Assembly: GCA_028686345.1 (NCBI GenBank)
Contig: JAQUCE010000009.1
Coordinates: 1,343-65,342, forward strand
DNA length: 64,000 nt
Source: Kiritimatiellia bacterium
GTDB taxonomy: Bacteria > Verrucomicrobiota > Kiritimatiellia > RFP12 > UBA1067
Direction of reading: 5' to 3'
The position numbers were made by a program, and so were the translations under genes. Under the pieces are notes generated by a model, which was not told the DNA's origin, ran no database searches, and worked only from the letters and a program-made list of their open reading frames with translations. Positions 37,422 to 47,929 of this stretch are shown here, piece by piece (position 1 is the stretch's first letter; each line of letters starts with the position of its first letter).

Positions 37422-40400
37422 TTAATCCGCCACCCGACGCAGCACCATCCCAGCCACAACTGGTTTTCCCTGGCGGTGTTTCAGGTTCAGGCTCAGCTCA
37501 CCCGGGGTGTCGAGTTGGCCGGTGATCTTAACTTCACCGCCAGCTCCCGCTTTAACTACGAACGGATGAGCATCTGAGGCTGCATCGCTGATTTTAGATT
37601 CAAGTTTACGCCAGTTCTTGCCGTCGTCGGAGGTTTCCAAGCTGTAGTTTGCCTGTCGCCTCTTACCTTGGTACCAGGTAATCTCAAGCGAATCAATTGC
37701 CCTCGCAGGGTTGAGTTTAAACTGGATCCACGCTTTGCCAGTGCTCGCCCACCGGCTATCCGCCACCGTGTCGAGTACCGCTGTGGCGGGATAGCCTGCT
37801 TCCGCATGACTGGCTCTCACCACCTCTGCAGGTGCTCCGTCAGCCAGGCTTTTGATCCCGACCCGGTGAATGCTGTTCCAATTGTTCTCCGAATTACCGT
37901 TGCAAACCACCCGCAGGTAGGCGGCGCGCACTGGTTCAAAAGATACCACCGAAACTCCTGTTTCGTTATCCAGGCTCACCTCTCCCTCCCCCGCGCCTTC
38001 CAGCAACAAGGTCGCCTCATACTGACCTGGACGAAACTGGCCGCCAATAGGAACAATTGCCGACAAGGGAATGGTAACCGGTGCTTCGATCAGCAACCCC
38101 GTGGCCCGCACTGAAGTGTAGATATCATCCTCAAGGGCGGTCGATATTCTTTTAGCACCTCTGCCTTGAACCGACCAATAGTCGCCTCCATCGTCGATGA
38201 AAAACGTTTTTGACCCCTGCGACTGCGCAAGCGGTTCGTGGCTGGTCGGTGCGAAGTTGATCCGCACTGGCTCCAGGCCAGCCTTCTGGCGTGCGGCGAT
38301 ATAATCAGGCAGCCAGCGGGTTCCCAACGAAAGCACCATGGCCTCTTCGCTCCGGTCTTTACCGTCGAGCTGCGACAGCCGCGAGAAACTGCGCATGGTC
38401 TCGAGCGGATCAGCCGACTCCAGCAGACGCTGGGCTTCGGCGAAGTTACCGGCGCTAAGCGCCTGCACAGCGGGCCTAAATGCCAGCTCCTGCACCTTAC
38501 AGAAAGAGATGATCATCGCTTCCAGCTCCTGAAAATAGGCGACTCGGTTGCGCCCCGCAGGTGTCATGGCGGACAAGTCAATGCTGGCAAGCAACTCCAG
38601 CCGCTGCTGGCAGCCCAAAATGGCGGCCTGCGGGTCAGGAATTTTTTCCGAGCCAATAAAAAATTTATCGGTTGTCACCCGTCCAAAATTAGGTGCCTCT
38701 GTCCACCATGCATACAGATACCGAGTCATACGCTCCCGATTAGTCTCTCCGAACCAATCATGCGCCGCCCTTTGGCAGGTTTCCATGCAGCTCTGGTTGC
38801 GCGAGGAGGCCCAAACCTGTTTTTCATGATTGCGGAAATGGAGATCGAGCGGACGCTTCATCCAGTGGATGATCCCATATCCACTGGCATCCAAATTTTC
38901 CAGGGTATCACAGAAATTATCATGGGATTTCATCGGACGTCCAATATATTCCCCATCGTCATGATGCGCCCAGATAATCGGCAAAATGCGACTACGCGCG
39001 CTCTCCAGTTCAGCTCGAGCCGCGGGCACCTCAAAGAAAAATCCTCTGCGGTAGCGCATGCAACTGGAATCAAGCGGCATAATAGTGACCTCATGGGGCA
39101 GGAATGCGGCCAACGAAGTTACGTATGAGGTGTCCCAGCTGCCCATCCCGATACGCACATCCCTCCGCCCCAGCTCGTCAAGGGCACTACGCAAGGCCCC
39201 GACCACCTTGCTCAGCGCATAGCTACAGACCGCCTGTGGCAGCTTGGCAGCCGCTGGATTTTTAACAATTATTTCCTGATACCCCGGATGCCACGCAGCG
39301 GGCAGCTGCTCCAGTTTTTTCAAACGGCCCCACTCCTCGGCATTAACACGCCGCCAAAGGGCGATCATGTCGATCTCTGGATACATCTTCAACAGCGCCA
39401 CAACCTGCGCCCTGTAGAACTCCGCCCCCTCCTTAGAATCCGGTATCGGCAGCCAATTTCTGCCGTTGTGGAAACGGTCAGATTCAGGCAGCGTGAGAAT
39501 CATCTCCTGCAGCAGCACCGAAGTGGTGTCGATGTCGAGTGAAAAACATACATCCACCCCGCGCTGTTCAGCGCAGGTGAAAGCCCGCTGCATCAGGGCT
39601 TGCGCCGCCTCGATGCGCTGGTCATCAGGGACCAGCGCCGCTTCGGAGCCGAATTCGGGCCCATCAAAGATCTCTCCTCCGGGAATCCACCGCACATCAT
39701 TGATGTGCTGCCGGCCCCAGTCGCGCCCTTTGCGGCTCGACCCGTAATACCCCACCGGCTTGGTTATGCCATTGAAGGTGTAGGTGAACATGGGATTGTT
39801 ACCATAGGCATGCACCATGATCGTGTTGAAGCCCATCTTCTGTGACTGCACAATCCATGACTCCCAGTCAGGGTAGTCCCAGCCAGTGCAGCCGCTGAGG
39901 AAGTTGTGCCAGTTAAAGACAAAGCGGTCGCGCACCAGCGGATGATCAGCAAGATCCCACCCCTGCAGCGAGAAAGTTCCAGGCAGAGCTTCAGGCAGGG
40001 AGTCGCTCGTCAAATAGAAGCCGCAACCTAGTTTTTCAAGCAAGCCGTAAACCCCGTAGATCACCCCGCGCGGGTCGGCACCGAGAATAATGCCGCTCTG
40101 CGGCCCGTCGGTGGTCACCACATAACTCTCCGGCTGGGCAACCTTTTCGCGTCCAACGGTAGCGGCAAGCTCGGGCGTTGATGCCGGTGTCCCCAATCGA
40201 ATTGTAAAGGAACTGCCGCCCTTAAGATTCGCTCCGGCTGTAAAACGAGTAGCGGGATACAGCTTCGAGAGGTAGCTCATCAGCTCCTCGGCCGCAATCT
40301 TCTCAGGAGCAGAGGCTGTCGGGGAGAGCAGGATTGTCACCTGCGCCGCACCCGCTGGCTGTTCTTTTTTTGTTACGGCAAATCCATTGCCAGCCGCCAT

Positions 40401-40463
40401 CAGAGCGGCCATGGCCCAGATGATTACTCTCTTTTGAAAACGCTTCCGCTCTGTAGTTTTCAC
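37422..40463 (-). CDS. secreted glycoside-hydrolase-like protein with C-terminal F5/8 type C (discoidin) carbohydrate-binding domain
   Basis: Signal peptide, large TIM-barrel-like central region and a C-terminal discoidin-like segment (…WASTGKAWIQFKL…ITWYQGKRRQANYSLETSDDGKNW…). Confidence 0.5.
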   Translation of the reverse strand: MKTTERKRFQKRVIIWAMAALMAAGNGFAVTKKEQPAGAAQVTILLSPTASAPEKIAAEELMSYLSKLYPATRFTAGANLKGGSSFTIRLGTPASTPELAATVGREKVAQPESYVVTTDGPQSGIILGADPRGVIYGVYGLLEKLGCGFYLTSDSLPEALPGTFSLQGWDLADHPLVRDRFVFNWHNFLSGCTGWDYPDWESWIVQSQKMGFNTIMVHAYGNNPMFTYTFNGITKPVGYYGSSRKGRDWGRQHINDVRWIPGGEIFDGPEFGSEAALVPDDQRIEAAQALMQRAFTCAEQRGVDVCFSLDIDTTSVLLQEMILTLPESDRFHNGRNWLPIPDSKEGAEFYRAQVVALLKMYPEIDMIALWRRVNAEEWGRLKKLEQLPAAWHPGYQEIIVKNPAAAKLPQAVCSYALSKVVGALRSALDELGRRDVRIGMGSWDTSYVTSLAAFLPHEVTIMPLDSSCMRYRRGFFFEVPAARAELESARSRILPIIWAHHDDGEYIGRPMKSHDNFCDTLENLDASGYGIIHWMKRPLDLHFRNHEKQVWASSRNQSCMETCQRAAHDWFGETNRERMTRYLYAWWTEAPNFGRVTTDKFFIGSEKIPDPQAAILGCQQRLELLASIDLSAMTPAGRNRVAYFQELEAMIISFCKVQELAFRPAVQALSAGNFAEAQRLLESADPLETMRSFSRLSQLDGKDRSEEAMVLSLGTRWLPDYIAARQKAGLEPVRINFAPTSHEPLAQSQGSKTFFIDDGGDYWSVQGRGAKRISTALEDDIYTSVRATGLLIEAPVTIPLSAIVPIGGQFRPGQYEATLLLEGAGEGEVSLDNETGVSVVSFEPVRAAYLRVVCNGNSENNWNSIHRVGIKSLADGAPAEVVRASHAEAGYPATAVLDTVADSRWASTGKAWIQFKLNPARAIDSLEITWYQGKRRQANYSLETSDDGKNWRKLESKISDAASDAHPFVVKAGAGGEVKITGQLDTPGELSLNLKHRQGKPVVAGMVLRRVAD

Positions 40464-41049
40464 CCTAATCTCTCCTTTTATTGTCTAGAACTCTCGAACT
40501 CTAGAACTTTAGAACTCTCTTTTATCTCCATCCGTTTCTTATGTCTGCAATATATCATGGCCCCATGCAGTCAGCAATGGACAAAAAAACAATGTTTTGT
40601 ACTGTTGTGATATGCGGATTGACAAGGTTAAGATCAGGCGGCAGGAGCGTGAGCCATCGTATCACGGCTGGAAGCGGGAACAGGCTCGTAAGATTGATGC
40701 GATCTGCCGCGACATCCGAGCTGACCCCGCTGCCGAGAGGCGAGTGGGGCTTCTGGCCGAGCGATTGCATTGTAGCCGCCACCATTTCTCGCGGCTGAAA
40801 CAATAATTAACTTCGGCTCGCGCGGCAGGCGCGAATGCGCGAGTGAAGTACGGCGTGAGAGCAACAAGCGTTTACCAACCGATTGCAATACGAATTGAAG
40901 CTGTAGGGCGCGGGCCATGACGGTGCCGCGCGAACTACCTTGCGACGCAAGCCACAAACTTTGTCACGCGCTTTGTCGTAACCTTGTCTCAAGTTTTTTC
41001 AACTGCGCTTGAAGTTCCGTAATCCGTTGAAACAATGATATTCTATCAA

Positions 41050-41964
41050 CTAATCGCAGCTTACGCAACCGCCACTCTGCCACCAGCGCACTTTGTAAAA
41101 TTGTGATCCAGGGTGGCGGTAGCGCATCTCCGGTGTTTGCGGTCGTACACGTAATACAGTGTCGCTCTGCCAGCTTGCACCGCCTTTTATCGCAGTTGGA
41201 TGCATCGCCCAGATTGTGCCGTCGCTGTGTTGACTGGCACTCTTAATTTCGGTCAGCTCCGAGATGCGCTCGAATGTTTTAGAGGCGATGTCGAATAGGA
41301 ATAGAGCGTCGTTGTTGCTGACTAGCAGCTTGGCCTCTTGGCGCAGGGGAAACAGCTCGTGCCCGGTCGGGCTCAGGGGCAACGCAAATTTCTCTTCAAT
41401 CGTGAGCTTAGCCTCGGTAACGCTCAACCGGTAAAGCGAGTCGCCCACCGCCCAAAGGCACTCGCGTGCTTTGTCCCATACGACACCATGTGCATAGGGC
41501 AGTTTGAGATCAACGAAGTCCTCGGCTGAGCGATGCAGGCGCAGCATGCCGTGGTTGCTGTTGGCTGTGACGATCGCCCCGTTCGGCAGTAGCTCGGCGG
41601 AGTGGCAGCTGCTATAGGCGGGGAGCTCCTTGACGCACTTTTTATCATTGAAGCGCACCAGTTGCACCCGCCCGTGATAGGCTACAAGCACATAGACCAC
41701 ACCATCAATTTTCACGCGCTTGGCATCTGTCGGTCGATATTTGAGCGGTTCCTGCTCTTCGCCCGGGTAACTCCACAGTGTGGGCTTACGATCGCCAGTC
41801 GCGTGTGGGTCAAAGAGCCATATGCGATTGTCAGCTTGGTCGACACACAACAAGGCAGGGGTTTGGGCGGTGATCTCAGCGTTTGAAGTCACCTGTTTTG
41901 CACTCTCAGCGCGGACGCAGAGGGAGAGTAGTGATGCGAACACTAATATTGTAAAATTTCTCAT
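41050..41964 (-). CDS. secreted hypothetical protein (possible beta-propeller fold)
   Basis: Signal peptide. No recognisable catalytic motifs. Confidence 0.45.
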   Translation of the reverse strand: MRNFTILVFASLLSLCVRAESAKQVTSNAEITAQTPALLCVDQADNRIWLFDPHATGDRKPTLWSYPGEEQEPLKYRPTDAKRVKIDGVVYVLVAYHGRVQLVRFNDKKCVKELPAYSSCHSAELLPNGAIVTANSNHGMLRLHRSAEDFVDLKLPYAHGVVWDKARECLWAVGDSLYRLSVTEAKLTIEEKFALPLSPTGHELFPLRQEAKLLVSNNDALFLFDIASKTFERISELTEIKSASQHSDGTIWAMHPTAIKGGASWQSDTVLRVRPQTPEMRYRHPGSQFYKVRWWQSGGCVSCD

Positions 41965-42058
41965 GGCTTGTATTATGCGTGAGGGGCGAAAAATGTCAAT
42001 CCTTGAAATATTTTTTTTGGCAGTGGTTATTTTGGCAAAAACCCGCTAAACTCAACCC

Positions 42059-43894
42059 ATGAAATTACGCAATGTATACTGCGAGTTAAGTGAACGATTG
42101 ATGGCTCGGCGCGACCCTGTGAGCGGGGTATGGACAGGCAGGCTCTCGTCCAGTGCGCTCTCTACAGCGCTGGCAGCCAGCGCGTTGCGGGAAGGGGGCG
42201 GTGATGATCAGGAGCTTGCTAACGCAGGTGTGGATTGGCTGGTCACGACCGTCAATCCGGACGGCGGCTGGGGGGACACGCCGGAGAGTCCGTCGAACCT
42301 CAGTACCTCGCTGATTGCCAGAGCCTGCGTTGCAAGCCATACGGATGATACGCGAAATTCGGCGGCGCTCAGCGCTTCAGCTGCCTGGATCATGACCAAG
42401 ACCGGTGCGCTCTCGCTCCCGGCTGTGGCTGATACCTTGCGCTCTGTGTACGGGGATGATAAGACCTTTGCGGTTCCGATCCTGATGTATCTGGCGCTTT
42501 GCGGCGATGATGAGTCGGCATGGCGCAAGGTGCCGCCGCTCCCGTTTCTAATGGCGTTGCTGCCAGGCTGGTGCTATCGCTTCTTCAAGCTGGAGGTGGT
42601 TAGTTACGCGCTGCCCGCGCTGATCGCAGTGGGGTTGTGTCGCCATCTGCGCGTGGCCGCGTTGCGCAAAAAGACAGCGTGGGCTAAAGTTTTTGCCGCT
42701 CCATTGCTGCGCAAACTGGCTTGTTTGCAGCCCGAACACGGCGGTTTTCTGGATGCCGCCCCTCTGACCGCCTTTGTGGTGCTGGCTTTAAAGGGTTGCG
42801 GCTACGCCGAGCATGCGGTGGTCCAGCGCGGGTGCGAGTTTCTGCGGGCTTCGATTCGGGAAGATGGCAGCTGGCCGATTGACTCGAATTTGAGAACCTG
42901 GCTCAGCTCCCTCTCAGCGCGCGCCCTGGCAGTGCCATTGGTCATGGCCCCGGATCAGGCAAAACAGGTTGCAGATTGGCTGATCAATGTACAGGGGCGT
43001 ACGCGCCATCCGTATACAGGCGCGGCCCCCGGCGGCTGGGCCTGGACTGATCTGCCAGGCGGGGTGCCGGACGCGGATGACACCTCAGCGGCTTTGATTG
43101 CGCTCTTCCACTTAAAGGATTTCTCCGAGGATGCGCGCTTAACTGCGGCGGTGCGGCTTGGGCTGCGCTGGCTGATGGATTTGCAGAACAGTGATGGCGG
43201 CATGCCCACCTTCTGCCGCGGATGGGGGAAGCTGCCCTTTGACAAAAGTTGTTGCGACATCACCGCCCATGCTATCCAGGCCTTTGCGCTCTGGATCGGT
43301 GCTGCCCGGCAGTGTCAGAACAGTGGCCTTGAGGGTGGATTTCTGGTGTGTTTACGCGGTTCCATGTTAAAGATGCTCGCTTTCCTGGAGCGCGCGCAGG
43401 AGAGTGACGGCGCGTGGCTGCCGCTCTGGTTCGGGCACCAGCAGAGCCAAACCAAACTCAACCACATCATCGGGACGGCGCGGGTTGTCAGCGGGCTACG
43501 CCGGTTGCTCGATGCCGCAGTTGAGCCGGATGAAGCGGTGCGATCTCGTGTAGCTAAGATTATCCGGCAGGGGGAGTCGCTGCTTGTTGCTCAGCAGAAA
43601 GCCGATGGGGGGTGGAGTGCTGGGGATACTTCAACAATCGAAGAAACAGCGCTGGCTGTCACGGCCTTGAGCGGCGGAGGCGGTGCAAGCGCCGCTGCCG
43701 CGCTGAAAGGAGCTGAGCTTTTGGCAGATCTGACGCTAAATAAAACCATAAAAGCGACAGCGCTGGGCCTTTATTTCTCGGTTTTGTGGTATGATGAAGA
43801 GCTGTATCCGTTGATTTGGAGTGTGGAGGCGCTGCGCTCTTACGCGGAATACGATGGCGCTTCTGTCGCAGTGGCGCAGAGCGCAGGCGCGTAA
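42059..43894 (+). CDS. class II terpene cyclase of the squalene-hopene cyclase / prenyltransferase-squalene-oxidase repeat family
   Basis: Multiple QW-type repeats (DGGWG, DGSWP, DGGMP, DGGWS) and a DxDDT-like catalytic motif (VPDADDTSAALIAL). Confidence 0.6.
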   Translation: MKLRNVYCELSERLMARRDPVSGVWTGRLSSSALSTALAASALREGGGDDQELANAGVDWLVTTVNPDGGWGDTPESPSNLSTSLIARACVASHTDDTRNSAALSASAAWIMTKTGALSLPAVADTLRSVYGDDKTFAVPILMYLALCGDDESAWRKVPPLPFLMALLPGWCYRFFKLEVVSYALPALIAVGLCRHLRVAALRKKTAWAKVFAAPLLRKLACLQPEHGGFLDAAPLTAFVVLALKGCGYAEHAVVQRGCEFLRASIREDGSWPIDSNLRTWLSSLSARALAVPLVMAPDQAKQVADWLINVQGRTRHPYTGAAPGGWAWTDLPGGVPDADDTSAALIALFHLKDFSEDARLTAAVRLGLRWLMDLQNSDGGMPTFCRGWGKLPFDKSCCDITAHAIQAFALWIGAARQCQNSGLEGGFLVCLRGSMLKMLAFLERAQESDGAWLPLWFGHQQSQTKLNHIIGTARVVSGLRRLLDAAVEPDEAVRSRVAKIIRQGESLLVAQQKADGGWSAGDTSTIEETALAVTALSGGGGASAAAALKGAELLADLTLNKTIKATALGLYFSVLWYDEELYPLIWSVEALRSYAEYDGASVAVAQSAGA

Positions 43895-43925
43895 ACGCGT
43901 CCTTTTTGAGGAGGTTGGATATTGT

Positions 43926-44168
43926 ATGGAAAAGAGTGAACTGGAAAGAAATTTAGGTGAGCAGCCGCTGGTTGCAGTGATGGCTGAACACAACCTAAAG
44001 CCCCATGACCTGCTGGTGGCATCGCGTGTGCCCATGACCCATAAGATGGTTGCCAGAGCGTGCAAAGGGCGGCGTTTAACCAACCGGAGCCGGAAGGTGG
44101 TGCTCGAGGCTTTGCAGAGAGCTACAGGGCATATCTATCGAATGATTGATATCTTTGATTACGAATGA
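43926..44168 (+). CDS. small hypothetical protein (80 aa)
   Basis: ORF begins 32 nt after the terpene cyclase stop (43894). The longer 115-aa version overlaps the cyclase in another frame. Confidence 0.3.
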   Translation: MEKSELERNLGEQPLVAVMAEHNLKPHDLLVASRVPMTHKMVARACKGRRLTNRSRKVVLEALQRATGHIYRMIDIFDYE

Positions 44169-44360
44169 GCTAAAGCAGCTAGCCGCCGCAACCAAGCGAT
44201 ACTGTGTAATGTGCAAAAGATTTTGCCCTCACTGAAACGTTTTGTGGTTAAGAGCCCGCTGCTACAGTAACAAACGCTACGCGTTTTGGGAAACGAAGTT
44301 AACTCCTCAATAACCGGCCAGAGAACAAAGAGCACTCTTCCGGCTTCAGGCTTCGCAATA
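44168..44360. repeat. gene-3' repeat family R2 copy
   Basis: gctaaagcagctagccgccgcaaccaag…gagcccgctgctacagtaacaaacgctacgcg… matches ~50310-50520 and ~35463-35700. Confidence 0.6.
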
Positions 44361-44871
44361 GCTATGCCCGGACAAGTCGAGCTTCGCTTTTACGCCGTGA
44401 CAGGGAAGCGTGAACAACAAACGGCTGCTGTGTAAGGTTTGTTGTCCAGCCTTTCCGTGTCCGGCGTAGCTGCGAAGCGCGAAGACGGAAGGCTGCTCCA
44501 AACTGGGCTGTTGAGACGTGACCCTAAAAGTGATAATGGAGTAGTGCAAGCATCTTGCTTGCAGAAAACATTTTTACTCAAGCCGACTATAGGCATTTAG
44601 GGTTCCTAATCACAATCTTAATCGTAATTCTAATCAAACAACGGCTGTCTGTGGCTGGTCGAAAAAGGCGAGGATTGAGATTAAGATTGAGTTTAAGATT
44701 GGGATTAGGATTGACCCCTGACAACATGTTTTTAATGATCTGGTCAGCCGCATAGCGACTGACTTCCTTCCGCGCTTACTCCCTTGACAAGACGCGGGAG
44801 AAGGAGGTCGTTCGCTATGCGGGCGACGCGAATGACCTTCAAAGTGATCTTATACGTTTGCGTAGATCCGT

Positions 44872-45090
44872 AGCTTCGATTTCCAATCGGAGATGTCCGG
44901 TTGGAAACAGGAGCTACTGGAGCTCGGCTGCGCCGTTGGTTGACGATGGCGGCGACGGTGCTGGGGGACGAGCCCCTGCATGATCCCAATCGTCGGTCAG
45001 CATCGTCGCACAGCATCGTCAGCCGATGCCCAGAGAAAATCAGTGCCTGTCCCTAAGAGAGAAAATCAGTGCCTGTCCCTAAGAAAATCC
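44872..45090. repeat. repeat family R1 copy followed by two tandem inverted copies of motif R4 (atcagtgcctgtccctaaga)
   Basis: R4 also occurs at ~6183-6203 and ~14094-14115 on the opposite strand. Confidence 0.55.
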
Positions 45091-45399
45091 TGACAATCTG
45101 TCTCTCACTCTGGTTTTAGCCGCAAACGCTGCTTCGCCGGTCTGGAAGGTGAGCCACAAGGAAAATCACCTTTATATTGGAGCGCTGCATCTCTCAGGAG
45201 AGCAAGGGGTGCTGGAGCAGTTGCGTAAAGCGGGCTGCGTTGTGGAACAGCTTGATTAGGATCCAGAATAGTTTCGTTTTCTGGTTGACATCGCAGGTTT
45301 ATAAATTATACAGTGCAAATGTGAAGTTGGTTATTCACATAAACCTGACAGGGACGTTTTACAAGCGGCCCAAACATTAACAATAAAAAGGAAAAGATT

Positions 45400-45756
45400 A
45401 TGGAGATGGAAACAGCGCAGAGTGGCATGCCTATGATGGTGACATTGATCTATTTGGCAGTTGTGCTGCTGATGATCATCAGTATGTGGAAAGTTTTTTC
45501 CAAGGCTAACCAGCCGGGGTGGGCTATTCTAATACCAATCTATAATACGATTGTCATGATTCAGATTGCGGGTAAACCGGTTTGGTGGTTTTTGCTGCTC
45601 TTTATCCCGATTGTAAATGTGATCATCGGAATTATCATTCTGCTTGAGATTGCCAAGAAATTCGGTAAAGGCGGCGGATTTGCCGCTGGGTTAATCTTTT
45701 TGCCAATGATATTCTGGCCGATCCTTGGGTTTGGAAGCGCTGAATACGAAGGCTAA
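45400..45756 (+). CDS. small integral membrane protein (3-4 TM), hypothetical
   Basis: 118 aa, strongly hydrophobic, lysine-rich loop KKFGKGGG. Confidence 0.5.
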   Translation: MEMETAQSGMPMMVTLIYLAVVLLMIISMWKVFSKANQPGWAILIPIYNTIVMIQIAGKPVWWFLLLFIPIVNVIIGIIILLEIAKKFGKGGGFAAGLIFLPMIFWPILGFGSAEYEG

Positions 45757-45779
45757 GTGGTGCAACTCTGGTTGCTAAC

Positions 45780-46190
45780 TTTGTCGAAGTTGTAGGGCGC
45801 GGGCCGTGACCGCGCTGGCGGGTGAATGTGTGGTGCTTCGCGAGTCGAAACGCTTAGCGATTGGCCATACAAGCACCCCCCGGCTGTCACGGCCCGCGGC
45901 TACAGTGCTACGCAAGCTGCAAAGGACGCTCCAGCCGAGTGACACGCGAGCTGCAAGGCATGTGCCAACCAAATGACACGCGAGCTGCAAAGCGCGCCAG
46001 CCGGGCGACACGCGAGCCAGCCGAGTGACACGCGAGCTGCAAGGCATGTGCCAACCAAATGACACGCGAGCTGCAAAGCGCGCCAGCCGGGCGACACGCG
46101 AGTCGAAGTTGTAGGGCGCGGGCCGTGAACGCGCCGGCGGGTGAATGTGTGGTGCTTCGCGAGTCGAAACGCTTAGCGAACACCCGGTGT
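45780..46190. repeat. tandem/direct repeat array: two ~85-bp units (…gacacgcgagctgcaaggcatgtgccaaccaaatgacacgcgagctgcaaagcgcgccagccgggc…) flanked by ~80-bp direct repeats (gtcgaagttgtagggcgcgggccgtga.cgcgc.ggcgggtgaatgtgtggtgcttcgcgagtcgaaacgcttagcga)
   Basis: Read directly. A related segment (…gctgtagggcgcgggccatgacggtgccgcgcg…) is at ~40895-40960. Confidence 0.6.
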
Positions 46191-46650
46191 CCGCAATTGC
46201 TTCATCCTCCTTCGCCAAGGCTACGGCGGACATGCTGGAAGCAACCCTACACCCCAGGGCGCACTTTTCACATGCCTGTTGCAGTATGCCGCTCGCAGAG
46301 CGGCTATTACACCGAACGACAACCCTTGCATTCCGCAGTGCAGCGCATGTGTAGCAGTCGCCCGCATAGCGGACGACTTCCTATTCCGCATCTTGCCAAA
46401 CGGAGTTGGCGCGGAAGGAGGTCAGTCGCTATGCGGCTGACTACTCTGCGTGGCTGATTTGCTACCATCAACTTTAACCACGAAAGGCACGAAAAGCACG
46501 AAAGGGGTGCGTAGCTGAGTTTTAACCACAAAGGGCCTAGCGCGCATAGCCGCCTGTCTGCGTGCTACGCACAGGTAGACAACAAATTTTTTCTACCCCT
46601 CTATTTTACAGTAACGTTTCAATAACCCGCTTTGGAGCAGGCAACGCCTG

Positions 46651-47733
46651 TTAACCGTTGCGCTGTTCAAAGTCGCGCATGAAATCCACCAGGCACTGAA
46701 CACCGGCGATTGGGAAGGCGTTGTAGATGGAAGCGCGGATGCCGCCGAACGAGCGGTGTCCCTTGAGTTGCTTCATGCCAGCCTCAGAGGCCTGCTTGAT
46801 AAAGAGGGTCTCCAGCTCCACCGAGGGCAGACGGAAGGTGATGTTCATATCCGAGCGGTAATCACGTTTGGCTGTGCCGCGATAGAACTGCGAGGCATCC
46901 AGCGTGTTGTAAACCAGCGCGGCTTTCTCTCTGTTCTCCGCATACACCTTTTCCAGCCCTTTTTGCTTGAGCAGGCGTGTGGTCAGGCAGAGCATATAGA
47001 TCCCGAAGCAGGGCGGGGTGTTGAGCAGCGAGTTCTCTTCCATATGCGACTGGTAGCGCAGCATGGAGGGCAGCCCGACATTACCGCGAGCGGCAAACTC
47101 TTTTTTTATGGCAACCAGCGCCAGCCCTGAGGGGCCGAGGTTTTTCTGAGCACCGGCGTAGAACATGGCGAACTGCGTGTAGTCGCGCGGACAGGAGAGA
47201 ATGTCAGATGACATGTCGGCGATTAGAGGTGCCTCAACCTTTGGTATCTCCTTCATTTGGGCGCCGGAGATCGTCTCGTTGGTCGTAATGTGCGCGTACA
47301 CAGCACCGTCGGTCCAGTTACACTCGGAGAGCTCAGGCATACGGGTGGGAATATCTTTTTGGCAGTCAGCCGCAACGTTCACATTGCCAATCAGCCCCGC
47401 CTCTTTAATGGCTTTTGCGCCCCAGGAGCCGGCATTGATGTAGTCCGCGCTCTGGCTCTTCCCGAGAAAGTTCATTGGAATCATGGCGAACTGCATGCTG
47501 GCGCCGCCCTGAAGAAAGAGCAGTGCGTAATCATCACCGAGTCCGAGCAGCTCCTTGCAGTTGGCTATGGCCTCATTGTGAATGGCATCATACTCTTTGC
47601 CGCGGTGCGACATCTCCATCACCGACATGCCCGAGCCTTTGTAGTCAACCAGATCGGCTTGTGCTTCCTGTAATGCCTCCAGCGGTAAAACCGCCGGACC
47701 AGCGCAAAAATTGTATATACGAGCCATAATCAC
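46651..47733 (-). CDS. serC: phosphoserine aminotransferase
   Basis: MARIYNFCAGPAVLP…class-V aminotransferase with the SerC signature region. 360 aa. Confidence 0.9.
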   Translation of the reverse strand: MIMARIYNFCAGPAVLPLEALQEAQADLVDYKGSGMSVMEMSHRGKEYDAIHNEAIANCKELLGLGDDYALLFLQGGASMQFAMIPMNFLGKSQSADYINAGSWGAKAIKEAGLIGNVNVAADCQKDIPTRMPELSECNWTDGAVYAHITTNETISGAQMKEIPKVEAPLIADMSSDILSCPRDYTQFAMFYAGAQKNLGPSGLALVAIKKEFAARGNVGLPSMLRYQSHMEENSLLNTPPCFGIYMLCLTTRLLKQKGLEKVYAENREKAALVYNTLDASQFYRGTAKRDYRSDMNITFRLPSVELETLFIKQASEAGMKQLKGHRSFGGIRASIYNAFPIAGVQCLVDFMRDFEQRNG

Positions 47734-47929
47734 TTTCCTTGTTTTAAAAATTGGGTAGTATCAGTTAACAAACTTTCTTTTATTTTGATAAAGAACAAAT
47801 ATAATGACGTTATCTGCGACAGATGTCAACCCGTGAGTCAAAAAAGAGTTATTTTTGAACTCGACTTTACTGCCGCGGCAATATATGCTTCAAAACAATT
47901 CGGGGTCAATTTATAGCAAGGGTGGTGAT

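Noticed and set aside
40486-40520. Short direct repeats gaactct(c/a)gaactct…
   Set aside because: Only 3-4 copies of an 8-mer. Possibly promoter-region low complexity, and too little to interpret.
45780-46190. Possible CRISPR array
   Set aside because: Units are long (~85 bp), identical and directly abutting with no unique spacers, and there are no cas genes nearby. It is a tandem repeat and not CRISPR.
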